Part shown: one piece after another, positions 1-9,009 of the stretch | How the letters are laid out: each line of letters begins with the position of its first letter | Numbering within the stretch: the stretch's first letter is position 1 | Origin: Candidatus Puniceispirillaceae bacterium | Lineage (GTDB): Bacteria; Pseudomonadota; Alphaproteobacteria; Puniceispirillales; Puniceispirillaceae | DNA length: 64,000 nucleotides | Direction of reading: 5' to 3' | Assembly: GCA_965657645.1 (NCBI GenBank) | Contig: CBFHOS010000008.1 | Span: 3,597-67,596, forward strand | Made by a program: the position numbers and the translations under genes | The notes under the pieces: generated by a model | Told to the model about the DNA's origin: nothing | Databases searched by the model: none | What the model saw: only the letters and a program-made list of their open reading frames with translations

Positions 1-662
1 GCGAATAACGCAAATGCCCGCGCCCAATTGCCAAGTGGCGCACTAAAGGCCGGTGCACCGCACCCATCGATCCCGCTTGGATGCCCCATCAGATCAACGC
101 CTGTCATCGCCTCTAAAATGCCGAGGATGCGTTGTTGCACCGGATGTGTCACATCGGCGTAATTATGCGTATCGACACCCATGAGATGCCCTAGCACCAA
201 CATGCCAGCATGCTTGCCGCTACAATTATTATGAATTCGTTGCGGTGTTTCCATTGTCCGCGCCTGTTCAATCAGGGTCGTCTGATCGCTCGACCATTGC
301 GGCCCACATGACAGGTTATCTGGTGATATGTCGAACTTGCCTAGCAAGCCGCGAACCGCGTCGACATGGCCATCTTGGGCATTATGACTAGCACAGATCA
401 GCGACAATTCAGCCGGACTTAGACGCTGTAGCTCGTTCATTTGCGGGAGCATTTCCGCAAGGGCAATTGATTGCAACGGTTTCATCGCAGAGCGCGGAAA
501 AACCGGATTTTCAATATCGCCAAGCCCGATTATAACGGTGCCATCGCCATCACAAAGCGCCACATCAACCAGATGGCTACTTTCCTCGGCGCCGCCTCTA
601 GTCACCGACACATGCAGTGGCTCGGCGCTATGGATCGGTAGGGTTTTACGAGGTGGGCGCAT
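1..662 (-). CDS. Asparaginase II family protein (PF06089-like). N-terminal ~220 aa are present; the C-terminus runs off the window start.
   Basis: Manual translation from ATG at 662 (minus): MRPPRKTLPIHSAEPLHVSVTRGGAEESSH...CASH...NNCSGKHAGML...HPVQQ...DGCGAPAF. These match hallmark motifs of Rhizobium-type asparaginase II. It is absent from the ORF track because it is open at the window edge. Confidence 0.8.
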   Translation of the reverse strand, partial: MRPPRKTLPIHSAEPLHVSVTRGGAEESSHLVDVALCDGDGTVIIGLGDIENPVFPRSAMKPLQSIALAEMLPQMNELQRLSPAELSLICASHNAQDGHVDAVRGLLGKFDISPDNLSCGPQWSSDQTTLIEQARTMETPQRIHNNCSGKHAGMLVLGHLMGVDTHNYADVTHPVQQRILGILEAMTGVDLMGHPSGIDGCGAPAFSAPLGNWARAFALF

Positions 663-792
663 GATCTCTCTCACCGTTACGAAATTAGGCTTGCAGAATG
701 CGCAAATTCAACACAGAGCGAAAGTAAAATTTTCATCCAGCCGGTTAATCATGCCCCGTCCCAAGATTTTTAGGAGATTAGAACCCACTATG

Positions 793-817
793 AAAAAAGG
801 GCGACCAGAGCCGCCCT
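793..817 (-). terminator. Rho-independent terminator downstream of the symporter gene
   Basis: On the minus strand, an AGGGCG/CGCCCT stem with an 8-nt loop is followed by a T6 run. It lies about 65 nt after the stop at 881. Confidence 0.6.
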
Positions 818-880
818 TTAATTATTAGTTCATTATCAGTTCGTTATCGATTGTAAACCAAGTCAGTTAAGCCGAATTGG

Positions 881-2245
881 TTAGAACGGGTTGTTTTCCG
901 ATTCCCCGCGCGTATCAAAAAACTCTTTGGTGATTTTGAATACGATGGGAGAGAGAACCGCCAAGGCGATCAAGTTCGGAACAGCCATCATCGCGTTGAG
1001 CGTGTCGGCCAATAGCCAGACAAATTCAAGCTCAACCGTTGCCCCCACTATGACCGCCAAGGACCAGACGACCCTAAACGGTGTAATGACTTTGCGGCTA
1101 AAGAGATATTGCAGAGACCGCTCTGAATAATAGCTCCAGCCCAAAATCGTGGTGAAGGCAAAGATCGCCAGTGAAATCGCGATCAGATAGCCACCCCACC
1201 CCGGCAAAGTCGCCTCAAAAGCGGCTGAGGTCAGGGCCACACCTGTTGCTCCACTTGTCCAAACGCCTGTGCTCAGGATCGCAAGGGCAGTGAATGAACA
1301 GACAATGATCGTATCAATGAAAGTTCCCAACATTGCCACTAGTCCTTGAGAAACCGGACCTTTGGTCTGGGCCGCCGCATGCGCGATCGGGGCAGAACCA
1401 AGTCCAGCCTCGTTCGAGAATACACCACGGGCCACACCAAAACGAATGGCCATCCAAACCGCCGCACCAGCAAAACCGCCAGCAGCAGCGCTAGGCTGGA
1501 ATGCGTATTTAAAGATCAACCCAAATGCGGCTGGAATTTCCGAAGCGTTAAGCATAAGCACCAGAACACCGGCAGAAACATAAAGCAACGCCATGATCGG
1601 CACGAGCTTGCCAGCAACATTGGAAATACGCTGGATGCCGCCAAGCAACACCGCGCCAACCAAGGCCGCCGTAACAAGACCAGTACCCATATGAGGCACA
1701 CCAAAATTGCTATAAAGCGCGTCGGCAATCGAATTTGCCTGCACCATATTACCAATTCCAAATCCGGCTATACCGGCGAATAGCGCAAAGACCATCGCTA
1801 GCCATTTCCACTTCGCGCCCATGCCATTTTGAATGTAATACATCGGACCACCGACAAAATTGCCTTTCGAATCCTTTTGACGGAAACGAACCGCACAAAC
1901 AGCCTCGGCATATTTCGTGCCCATGCCAACCAACGCAGTGACCCACATCCAGAAAATGGCACCGGGGCCACCAAGAAAAATCGCAGTAGCAACACCAGCA
2001 ATGTTACCAGTGCCGATAGTTGCAGATAACGAGGTCATTAGCGCGTTAAACGGACTAATTTCACCCGCGGCAGTGCCAGGAATACGGCCTTTCCACAAAA
2101 GGGAAAAACCGAAGGGAATTTTTAAGATAGAGAGAAATCTCAAGCCAATTGTTAGGTATAATCCAACGCCAAGTATAAGAACCAGCATTGGGACACCCCA
2201 GACAATGCCGTTCAAATCTCCAACTAAGTTGTTGATCATTTCCAT
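881..2245 (-). CDS. Alanine/glycine:cation (Na+) symporter, AGCS family
   Basis: 454 aa and polytopic. Contains the AGCS signature SPFNALMTSLSATIGTGNIAGVATAI. Confidence 0.9.
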   Translation of the reverse strand: MEMINNLVGDLNGIVWGVPMLVLILGVGLYLTIGLRFLSILKIPFGFSLLWKGRIPGTAAGEISPFNALMTSLSATIGTGNIAGVATAIFLGGPGAIFWMWVTALVGMGTKYAEAVCAVRFRQKDSKGNFVGGPMYYIQNGMGAKWKWLAMVFALFAGIAGFGIGNMVQANSIADALYSNFGVPHMGTGLVTAALVGAVLLGGIQRISNVAGKLVPIMALLYVSAGVLVLMLNASEIPAAFGLIFKYAFQPSAAAGGFAGAAVWMAIRFGVARGVFSNEAGLGSAPIAHAAAQTKGPVSQGLVAMLGTFIDTIIVCSFTALAILSTGVWTSGATGVALTSAAFEATLPGWGGYLIAISLAIFAFTTILGWSYYSERSLQYLFSRKVITPFRVVWSLAVIVGATVELEFVWLLADTLNAMMAVPNLIALAVLSPIVFKITKEFFDTRGESENNPF

Positions 2246-2299
2246 GTTTCGTTCCTTTCATCAAACGACGAAATTTGATCGTGATCAGGGGAACGAAAC
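2246..2299 (-). promoter_or_regulatory. SD-sequestering stem-loop in the 5' leader of the AGCS symporter gene
   Basis: A perfect 10-bp inverted repeat, gtttcgttcc (2246-2255) / ggaacgaaac (2290-2299). In the mRNA the 3' arm is AAGGAACGAAAC immediately before the AUG. A nested AUCAAA/UUUGAU hairpin lies inside the loop. Confidence 0.45.
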
Positions 2300-2494
2300 A
2301 GATGAGAAAACTAATGGAGAAACAAAGCCCCAGAACACATCGGTAAAGATTATTCTTTGGATGGTCCAAGGTCGGATAAGGTTACCCCACCATCTTTTGG
2401 AACATCCAAAAGCATCTTGTTGGACAGACCTTACTATGGCCTATCTATCAAGACAAGGCTTTGACACGAAAATGACACATTTTTATATTCTTTT

Positions 2495-5400
2495 TCAATA
2501 ATTTAGCAAAATTGTTTCCGCAAAAACCTGATCAAGTTTCCGCAATAAAAAGTCACAATCTTGCGCCCCAATAGTGAGAGGTGGCCGGATTTTCAGGACA
2601 TTATCAAAAGGCCCATCAGTGCCGATAAGGATACGGTACTCCCGCAAACGGTTGGCGACAAACCCCGCCAATTCACGCGCTGGTGTTTTGTCATTTTGAT
2701 CTTTTACCAACTCAATTCCCAAAAACAAACCGCGCCCGCGAACGTCACCGATGATGTCATATTTGTCTTTCAACAAGGAAAAGCCGTCTAGCAATTGGCG
2801 TCCCCTCTCGGCGGCATTGGCCTGTAACCCCTCATCATCGACAATCTGCAACACCTCGGCCCCGATCAGACAGGCAAGCGTGGTTCCGCCAAAGGTTGAG
2901 AAAAACTCCATCCCATTGGCAAAGGATTTCGCTATTTCCGCAGTTGTTACAACCACACCAATAGGATGACCATTACCGATGGGTTTCCCAAGAACGACAA
3001 TATCCGGCATGGCGTTCTGGGTTTCAAACCCCCAATAGGCGTCGCCTAGGCGCCCTAAGCCGGTTTGCACCTCGTCGGCAATACATAGGCCATTGGCGGC
3101 GCGTATCCGCTCATACACCGACGAGAGATAGTCTTGTGGGGGCTCTATCTGGCCGCCTACGCTAGGGAAACTCTCGGCGATAAAGCCGGCCAATGTGCCG
3201 CCCTTTTGCGCTATCCGGTCGAGGGCTTTGTCCACATCCGCCGCATATTTAACGCCAGCATTCGCGTCATCATAGCCAAATGGCCCACGATACCTGTCGG
3301 CCACTTGGACAATCTCAACCCAATCAGGACAGCCATCACCGCCCGGCCCGTTAAATTTATACGGGCTTAGATCAATCGTCCCTGTGGTATGGCCGTGATA
3401 GCCATGATCCTGTACCACCATTGATTTCCCACCAGTATGCGCCCGCGCCAATCGCAGGGCCAGCTCATTAGCCTCCGACCCCGACGTCACAAAATAGCAA
3501 TGCGTGAGATGATCCGGCAATCGGCTTTGCAAGGCCTCGGCAAAGGCCATCTGCGCCGGATGCAGATATCTTGTATTGGTATTGATCAGACGCAATTGGC
3601 GCTCTGCTATGGCATGCAGGCGGGGATGCGAATGGCCGACATGTGGCACATTATTATAGGCATCAAGGTGGGTGCGCCCTCTCTCGTCATAGAGATAATG
3701 CTGCCAACCACGCACTAGCTGTAATGGCTTTGTGTAAGATAATTTCAGGTTTGCCCCAAAAGACCGTTTTCGCGCGGCAATGCCGTCATCGATATCATCG
3801 ATGGGATAGAGCATGTCTTCTGGATCAAGCCCCAACATCGCCGCAGGATTGGGATAGAGCGCGGCGGCATAGTCCACATCATCAGCATCACCAACACCCG
3901 GCCAGTCATGATCACGCGCATCACCGAAATGCGTTAGCGAGACGCTTATTTGGAAATGCACATGCGGTTGCCACCCACCATTCACCGCCACATCCCCTAG
4001 CGCGGCAAATGTCTCGCCCTTGGCTATGTGCTGGCCTGTTTCCAAGTCTGCGATACTGGCCGGATCAAGATGGCCATAGAGAGAATAAAACGCATCACCA
4101 TCGCTGGTTTCATGGGCCATGATGACCACACCGCCGTAATCGAGCCGTTGCGGGCGGTTAATCGCGGCCACAATAATTCCCTCATAGGGCGCGAAAAGAG
4201 ACGCACCAGCTGGCATGAACACATCAATGCCTAGATGCATTGTGCGGCGTCCATCAAGGGCATGCGCCCCCAGAAAAAACGCAGGTTCTGTATAAACAAG
4301 CCTTGGTTCAAGATAATGCCCAACATGCGGGATGCGATTGCCAATGGCTTCGGGGACTAACCGCACCGCCTCATCCATGCTGATCGCGGTCGGGTTTACC
4401 GGCATCACGCTATCACCAATCGCACAAGAACAACGCGGCGCATCACCTAGGCTAGGCTGTATCTCAGGACCGAAAAGTGGTGCGAACTCGGATTTATTCT
4501 GCACCAACCAATCCCCGACCCGATTGGCGTTCAAAACTATTTCCAATCCAATGGCAAGCCGCAACCGTCCAAGGACAATCACCGGCGAGATATCGCGTGC
4601 CATCGCCAGAAACGCAAGCGCAGGCGCCTCGCTAATGACCATGTAATCATCATCAGGGCGGATCTTTTTCATCATTGCGGAATTGACGACCGATACCGCC
4701 AGACGGGTCAGCATCAAACTAAATATCAATTCAAGATCGTCTGGCTTTAACGGATGCGTTTCATGATAACCCGCCACAAACCGGCTCAAAACCTCTAAGG
4801 GGCGCTCTTGCCCTAGAACCAGATAGGCCGCCGCGGTCGCCAGATCACAAATGGCCGGCGCGCTGGTCATATCACCAAAATCAATAATGCCGGACAACGC
4901 CCACGCCTCAACTGATCTGGTTACCAACAGGTTATAATCATTCGCATCACAATGAATGGCGGTATGATCTTTAGTTAATATTTTAGGTTCAATATTTTTC
5001 TTAAAATTCTGTATTATATCAGTTATTTGTGATTTCAATTCACCGTCAACAATAACATCAAGATGGTCCTCAATCCAATGCGGCTGGAGCGGATGCCATT
5101 TGAAATCACGGGTCAAATGCGGATGATCAAACCCCTTTAGCGCATTCGTTAGCGTCCCGAGGTTGCGCCCAATCTGGTGAATTAACGCTGGATCATAGGC
5201 CCCAACGGTGCCGAGGGTCACACCGGGCAATGCCGATATAACCCACGCAATGGACCCCGCATCATCATCCCATCTAACAAAGGATGCGCCGCCAATCGTG
5301 TCGATTACGCGCGGGACAGCAAGATCAGGGGCGTTTTTGGCTATTTGGTGCAACGCGTCTATTTGCATTTCGACCAGTTGGGGATCGCAATCAGGACGCA

Positions 5401-5551
5401 TGATTTTTAGCACAAAGGCCATGTTACCATCGCAGATAACAGCAAAGTTCAGGTCAAACTCGCCATCAAGCGGCTGCAGAACGCCATCGATACCGTAATC
5501 ACGGCACAGGGCCGCTTGCCAACGGATAATATTTTGCTCATGCATAGCCAT
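2495..5551 (-). CDS. Three-domain fusion: APH/hydroxylysine-kinase-like phosphotransferase, M23 (LytM) peptidase-like domain, and AGXT2L-type class-III aminotransferase (phospho-lyase-like)
   Basis: N-terminal kinase motifs HCDANDYNLL and IDFGD. Central M23 motifs HLGID (HxxxD) and PHVHFQ (HxH). C-terminal motifs NNVPHVGHSHP, SGSEANE, ADEVQTGLGRLG and LGKPIGNGHP, typical of the ETNPPL/PHYKPL subfamily. Confidence 0.85.
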   Translation of the reverse strand: MAMHEQNIIRWQAALCRDYGIDGVLQPLDGEFDLNFAVICDGNMAFVLKIMRPDCDPQLVEMQIDALHQIAKNAPDLAVPRVIDTIGGASFVRWDDDAGSIAWVISALPGVTLGTVGAYDPALIHQIGRNLGTLTNALKGFDHPHLTRDFKWHPLQPHWIEDHLDVIVDGELKSQITDIIQNFKKNIEPKILTKDHTAIHCDANDYNLLVTRSVEAWALSGIIDFGDMTSAPAICDLATAAAYLVLGQERPLEVLSRFVAGYHETHPLKPDDLELIFSLMLTRLAVSVVNSAMMKKIRPDDDYMVISEAPALAFLAMARDISPVIVLGRLRLAIGLEIVLNANRVGDWLVQNKSEFAPLFGPEIQPSLGDAPRCSCAIGDSVMPVNPTAISMDEAVRLVPEAIGNRIPHVGHYLEPRLVYTEPAFFLGAHALDGRRTMHLGIDVFMPAGASLFAPYEGIIVAAINRPQRLDYGGVVIMAHETSDGDAFYSLYGHLDPASIADLETGQHIAKGETFAALGDVAVNGGWQPHVHFQISVSLTHFGDARDHDWPGVGDADDVDYAAALYPNPAAMLGLDPEDMLYPIDDIDDGIAARKRSFGANLKLSYTKPLQLVRGWQHYLYDERGRTHLDAYNNVPHVGHSHPRLHAIAERQLRLINTNTRYLHPAQMAFAEALQSRLPDHLTHCYFVTSGSEANELALRLARAHTGGKSMVVQDHGYHGHTTGTIDLSPYKFNGPGGDGCPDWVEIVQVADRYRGPFGYDDANAGVKYAADVDKALDRIAQKGGTLAGFIAESFPSVGGQIEPPQDYLSSVYERIRAANGLCIADEVQTGLGRLGDAYWGFETQNAMPDIVVLGKPIGNGHPIGVVVTTAEIAKSFANGMEFFSTFGGTTLACLIGAEVLQIVDDEGLQANAAERGRQLLDGFSLLKDKYDIIGDVRGRGLFLGIELVKDQNDKTPARELAGFVANRLREYRILIGTDGPFDNVLKIRPPLTIGAQDCDFLLRKLDQVFAETILLNY

Positions 5552-5760
5552 AACTCACCTGAAACGCGCTAGCGCCAATTACGCCGGTAGACCTCAATTA
5601 AGCGACCCTAGCAAGCCCAAACTGCGATCAACAACCCTCCCCCATTAAATGCCTAAAATGGCGCGCTTTGCAACGTCCCCTTTGACTATCGGCGATGACG
5701 CACTAGATATAGGGAACGGTACATTTGGCCGTGATGTTTAGAGTTTTTAAGAGTAACCCG

Positions 5761-6537
5761 ATGACCCATTATTTTATCACTGGCGCCAGTGCCGGCATTG
5801 GCAAGTCCATTGCGACAAAGCTATGCACCGGCGTAGCGAGCAATGATGCTGGTGATACAGCCAATCAGGTCAGCGCGGTTGCACGGCGCAAAGACCGGCT
5901 AGACGGGCTGTCATCAGAGCTATCAAACTTCTTCGGCGTGCAAGCAGATGTCACCAACGCCGCGCAAATAGCCAAAGCCATAGACGCCAGCATTGCCAAA
6001 TACGGGCCAATCAATGTCGCCATTTTGAACGCAGGCATGTATGTACCACAAGACGGCACCAGCATTGACCCAAGTATTTACGCCACACACATGGACGTTA
6101 ATTATATGGGCGTTATCAATGCTTTGTCGGCCATTGTTCCACACATGATTAAAGTGGGTGGCGGTAAGATTGTTCTAATATCTTCGGTTGCGGGTTGGCG
6201 CGGTCTACCGCGTTCTGCCGCTTATGGACCAACAAAGGCCGCGCTGATCTCGTTAGCAGAATCACTGATGTTTGATTTACGGCCGAAAAATATCGAAATT
6301 CAGGTCATCTGCCCCGGCTTTGTCGAGAGTGAGGCAACGGCAGTGAATGATTTTGACATGCCGGGCTTGATGAGCAGTGATGCCGCCGCCGACACCATCA
6401 TAAAGAGCATCGCTCTTCCCGATTTTTTGATCCATTTCCCAAAATCATTCACCCGCAAACTAGCCCTATTGCGGTGGTTACCTGATAGTTGGTATTTCAA
6501 GATCGTTGGCAAGCAAACTGGTTTTGCACAGGAGTAA
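5761..6537 (+). CDS. Short-chain dehydrogenase/reductase (SDR)
   Basis: Starts MTHYFITGASAGIGKS (TGxxxGIG), with NAG and YGPTKAA (YxxxK) motifs. I chose the ATG at 5761 over the TTG-extended track ORF at 5725. Confidence 0.85.
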   Translation: MTHYFITGASAGIGKSIATKLCTGVASNDAGDTANQVSAVARRKDRLDGLSSELSNFFGVQADVTNAAQIAKAIDASIAKYGPINVAILNAGMYVPQDGTSIDPSIYATHMDVNYMGVINALSAIVPHMIKVGGGKIVLISSVAGWRGLPRSAAYGPTKAALISLAESLMFDLRPKNIEIQVICPGFVESEATAVNDFDMPGLMSSDAAADTIIKSIALPDFLIHFPKSFTRKLALLRWLPDSWYFKIVGKQTGFAQE

Positions 6538-6539
6538 AA

Positions 6540-6998
6540 ATGCCCAAATCAAATGATGTGGTTTCGCAATATGTAACGGCCTTTACCAGCCTGACACCTA
6601 ATAATATGGATGCGCTACTAGCCGTCGTTGATGACGACATTTTCTTTAGTGATCCATTTAACAAAACCACTGGCAAACCCGCCTTTACCGCGATTTTCGA
6701 CCATATGTTCGAGACCTGTATTGATCCCGGCTTTGATGTCACTGACGTTGCCTATTCAGCGACAAATGACAACAAAATTGCCTATTTACGCTGGCGCATG
6801 ACGGGAAAGATCAATGGCTGGCCACATACTGCGCTTGATTTTGAGGGCATGACCGAAGTCCATATCGGCGATAACGGCCTCATTAGCGCGCATATCGACC
6901 ATTGGGACAGTGCCAGCCAGCTATTTGCCAAGTTACCCGTCATTGGCGCCTTGTTGCGCCCAATTATGGCACGTTTCGTGGTGAAGGTGCCGCGCTAG
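6540..6998 (+). CDS. SnoaL-like / NTF2-fold protein
   Basis: 152 aa. ATG at 6540 is preceded by GGAG and lies 2 nt after the SDR stop. Size and pattern fit small NTF2-like proteins. Family call is tentative. Confidence 0.6.
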   Translation: MPKSNDVVSQYVTAFTSLTPNNMDALLAVVDDDIFFSDPFNKTTGKPAFTAIFDHMFETCIDPGFDVTDVAYSATNDNKIAYLRWRMTGKINGWPHTALDFEGMTEVHIGDNGLISAHIDHWDSASQLFAKLPVIGALLRPIMARFVVKVPR

Positions 6999-7021
6999 GC
7001 CCTCGCCGCTGCTAGGCGTGA

Positions 7022-8218
7022 TTATTTATGCGTTAACAAGATTTGCTTCACGTCGATCATACCGGCGCGAAAACCACCTTCACAATAGGCTAGATACAGC
7101 TCCCACATACGTTTGAAGCGATCATCGAACTTGCCTTTTGCCAATTGCGGCCATGCCGCGTTAAAGCGTGTGCGCCATTCGGCCAATGTGCGGGCGTAAT
7201 GGAGCGCATAACCACGATCCTCAACCAGCTTGAGACCAGCCGCATCAACCGGCGCGTTCAACAATTCCATCGATGGCAACATCCCACCGGGGAAAATATA
7301 ACGCTGGATAAAGTCAGGCTGGGCCTTATAGGCGGCAAAGGCCTGATGATCGATGGTGATAGACTGAATCACGGCGCGTCCGCCCTTTTTGAGCAAAGAC
7401 GACACCGCGGCAAAATAGGTCGGCCAATAGGCCTCGCCAACAGCCTCGAACATCTCAATCGAGACTATCTTGTCGAATTTACCCTCAAGATCACGGTAAT
7501 CAATCAGCCGCAATTGCGCTTTATCGGATAATCCGGCTTCGGCAAGCTGTTTTTCGGCAAAATCAAATTGCTCTTTGGAAATCGTAATGCCGGTAACCTT
7601 GGCGCCAATGGTCGAGGTCACATATTTTGCAAAACCACCCCAGCCACAGCCAATCTCAAGAACATGATCGCCGGGTTGAATATCGGCCATCTCGGCTAGA
7701 TGGCGATATTTATTAATCTGCGCCGCGGATAGATCATCGTCTTCCCCTTCAAATACAGCCGATGAATAGGTCATCGTGCCATCCAGCCACGCGGCATAGA
7801 AATCATTGCCGAGATCGTAATGGTAGGAGATGTTTTTCGCCGAACCGGATTTGTTATTACGGCGCATATAATGAAACAGGCGGAGGCCATTTTTGCGCAG
7901 AAAGCCTGCTTTTAGCTGACTATCGATATATTCGTCATGCAACACCGCTAGCTCGATCAGGGACGGCAAATCATTGCTGCTCGCCTCGCCATCCATAACC
8001 GCCTCACAAAAGCCCATCTTGCCATTGCGCATGATCCGCGTCATCGCATTCATCGAATGCAGATGCAAATGGGCGGCTGGACCGGCTTCGGGCCCGTTAA
8101 AATTATGCTCCTCGCCATTGGGTAGGATCAAATGAACACTGCCAAATTGGATACGGGAGACCACTTTGATCAAAAATTGAGCCCGCTTACGGTCGAAAAA
8201 ACCTAACTTCATTACCAA
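7022..8218 (-). CDS. Cyclopropane-fatty-acyl-phospholipid synthase family SAM-dependent methyltransferase
   Basis: 398 aa. Contains the SAM motif VLEIGCGWGGFA, and the C-terminal WELYLAYCEGGF is typical of the CFA synthase/mycolic acid methyltransferase family. Confidence 0.9.
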   Translation of the reverse strand: MVMKLGFFDRKRAQFLIKVVSRIQFGSVHLILPNGEEHNFNGPEAGPAAHLHLHSMNAMTRIMRNGKMGFCEAVMDGEASSNDLPSLIELAVLHDEYIDSQLKAGFLRKNGLRLFHYMRRNNKSGSAKNISYHYDLGNDFYAAWLDGTMTYSSAVFEGEDDDLSAAQINKYRHLAEMADIQPGDHVLEIGCGWGGFAKYVTSTIGAKVTGITISKEQFDFAEKQLAEAGLSDKAQLRLIDYRDLEGKFDKIVSIEMFEAVGEAYWPTYFAAVSSLLKKGGRAVIQSITIDHQAFAAYKAQPDFIQRYIFPGGMLPSMELLNAPVDAAGLKLVEDRGYALHYARTLAEWRTRFNAAWPQLAKGKFDDRFKRMWELYLAYCEGGFRAGMIDVKQILLTHK

Positions 8219-8220
8219 AT

Positions 8221-9009
8221 CTACCCTCTTCTAACTTCCTGTGCCTTAGACCAAACCTTGGGCGGTTCGGGACGCCGAAAGAAAGGAACTTTCTTCATCC
8301 ATAATTTAGCGGCTTCAAGGTGAATTGAAACCAGTGGGCGGAGGGGCCATTGCCCTGTTTTCACCAGAGATTTGAGCACCCCGACATTTGTAAGCGGTTC
8401 GACATCACCGCGCAATGTTGCTGTTAATTGTGGCTTACCATCCGCCAAATACCGCATCAGCACACGGATAGGCTGATCGTTATTTGCCTTTATTTTCAAA
8501 CGATATTCACCCGTTAACGGAAAAAACGGCGATACATGCAATAGCTTGGCACTCTCTAGGATAGCACCATTGGCCTCGACCGTTCCAATATAGGAATGCA
8601 TGTCGCCAAAAGTATTTCTAACCTCATAGATATAAAGCCGGTCACGGCCATCGCGATCCCGCAAGACATAGACAGACACCGGATTAAAGGCCAATCCCAA
8701 TATCCGTGGGAAGGTCAATAGATGCACCGAATTTATGGTAACATCAGGGATCAATTCCGCCGCCATTTTGCGGGCGTAGCTATTCAAAGATTGCGGCGGC
8801 ATGGTTGATTTGAAATTAGGCCCGTAATCACCCTCAAAAAAGGACAAGAGGTTAAAACGCCCTATCGAAAATAACGCAGAAAGCTTGTTTGCCGCCGGTA
8901 AATTATCGAGGTCTAGCCATATCGAAAGGCCACGACGCGCCAGAAAATGCGATGGCGCGCCGTGCCGCGTGTGATTTATAATCGATGGGACCAGACTACA
9001 TGCTGGCAT
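8221..9009 (-). CDS. DUF1365 family protein (UfaO-like)
   Basis: 262 aa. The N-terminal pattern HTRHGAPSHFLARRGLSIWLDLDNL matches the DUF1365 H-x-R...H-x-F...DLD-x-L motif. Tightly abutted to the genes on both sides. Confidence 0.75.
   Translation of the reverse strand: MPACSLVPSIINHTRHGAPSHFLARRGLSIWLDLDNLPAANKLSALFSIGRFNLLSFFEGDYGPNFKSTMPPQSLNSYARKMAAELIPDVTINSVHLLTFPRILGLAFNPVSVYVLRDRDGRDRLYIYEVRNTFGDMHSYIGTVEANGAILESAKLLHVSPFFPLTGEYRLKIKANNDQPIRVLMRYLADGKPQLTATLRGDVEPLTNVGVLKSLVKTGQWPLRPLVSIHLEAAKLWMKKVPFFRRPEPPKVWSKAQEVRRG

Noticed and set aside
538-828. 96-aa plus-strand ORF
   Set aside because: It lies antisense to the N-terminus and start region of the asparaginase-II-like gene and runs through the symporter terminator. 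It has no RBS or family resemblance.
2246-2494. Glycine riboswitch upstream of the AGCS symporter
   Set aside because: The expected conserved cores (GGAGAG ... ACCGAAGGGGCAA ... CUCAGGCAAAAGGAC) are not present on the sense strand. Only generic hairpins are seen. I kept it as an unclassified structured leader.
1917-2501. 194-aa plus-strand ORF
   Set aside because: It is antisense to the well-supported AGCS symporter and continues through the intergenic leader. This is a shadow ORF.
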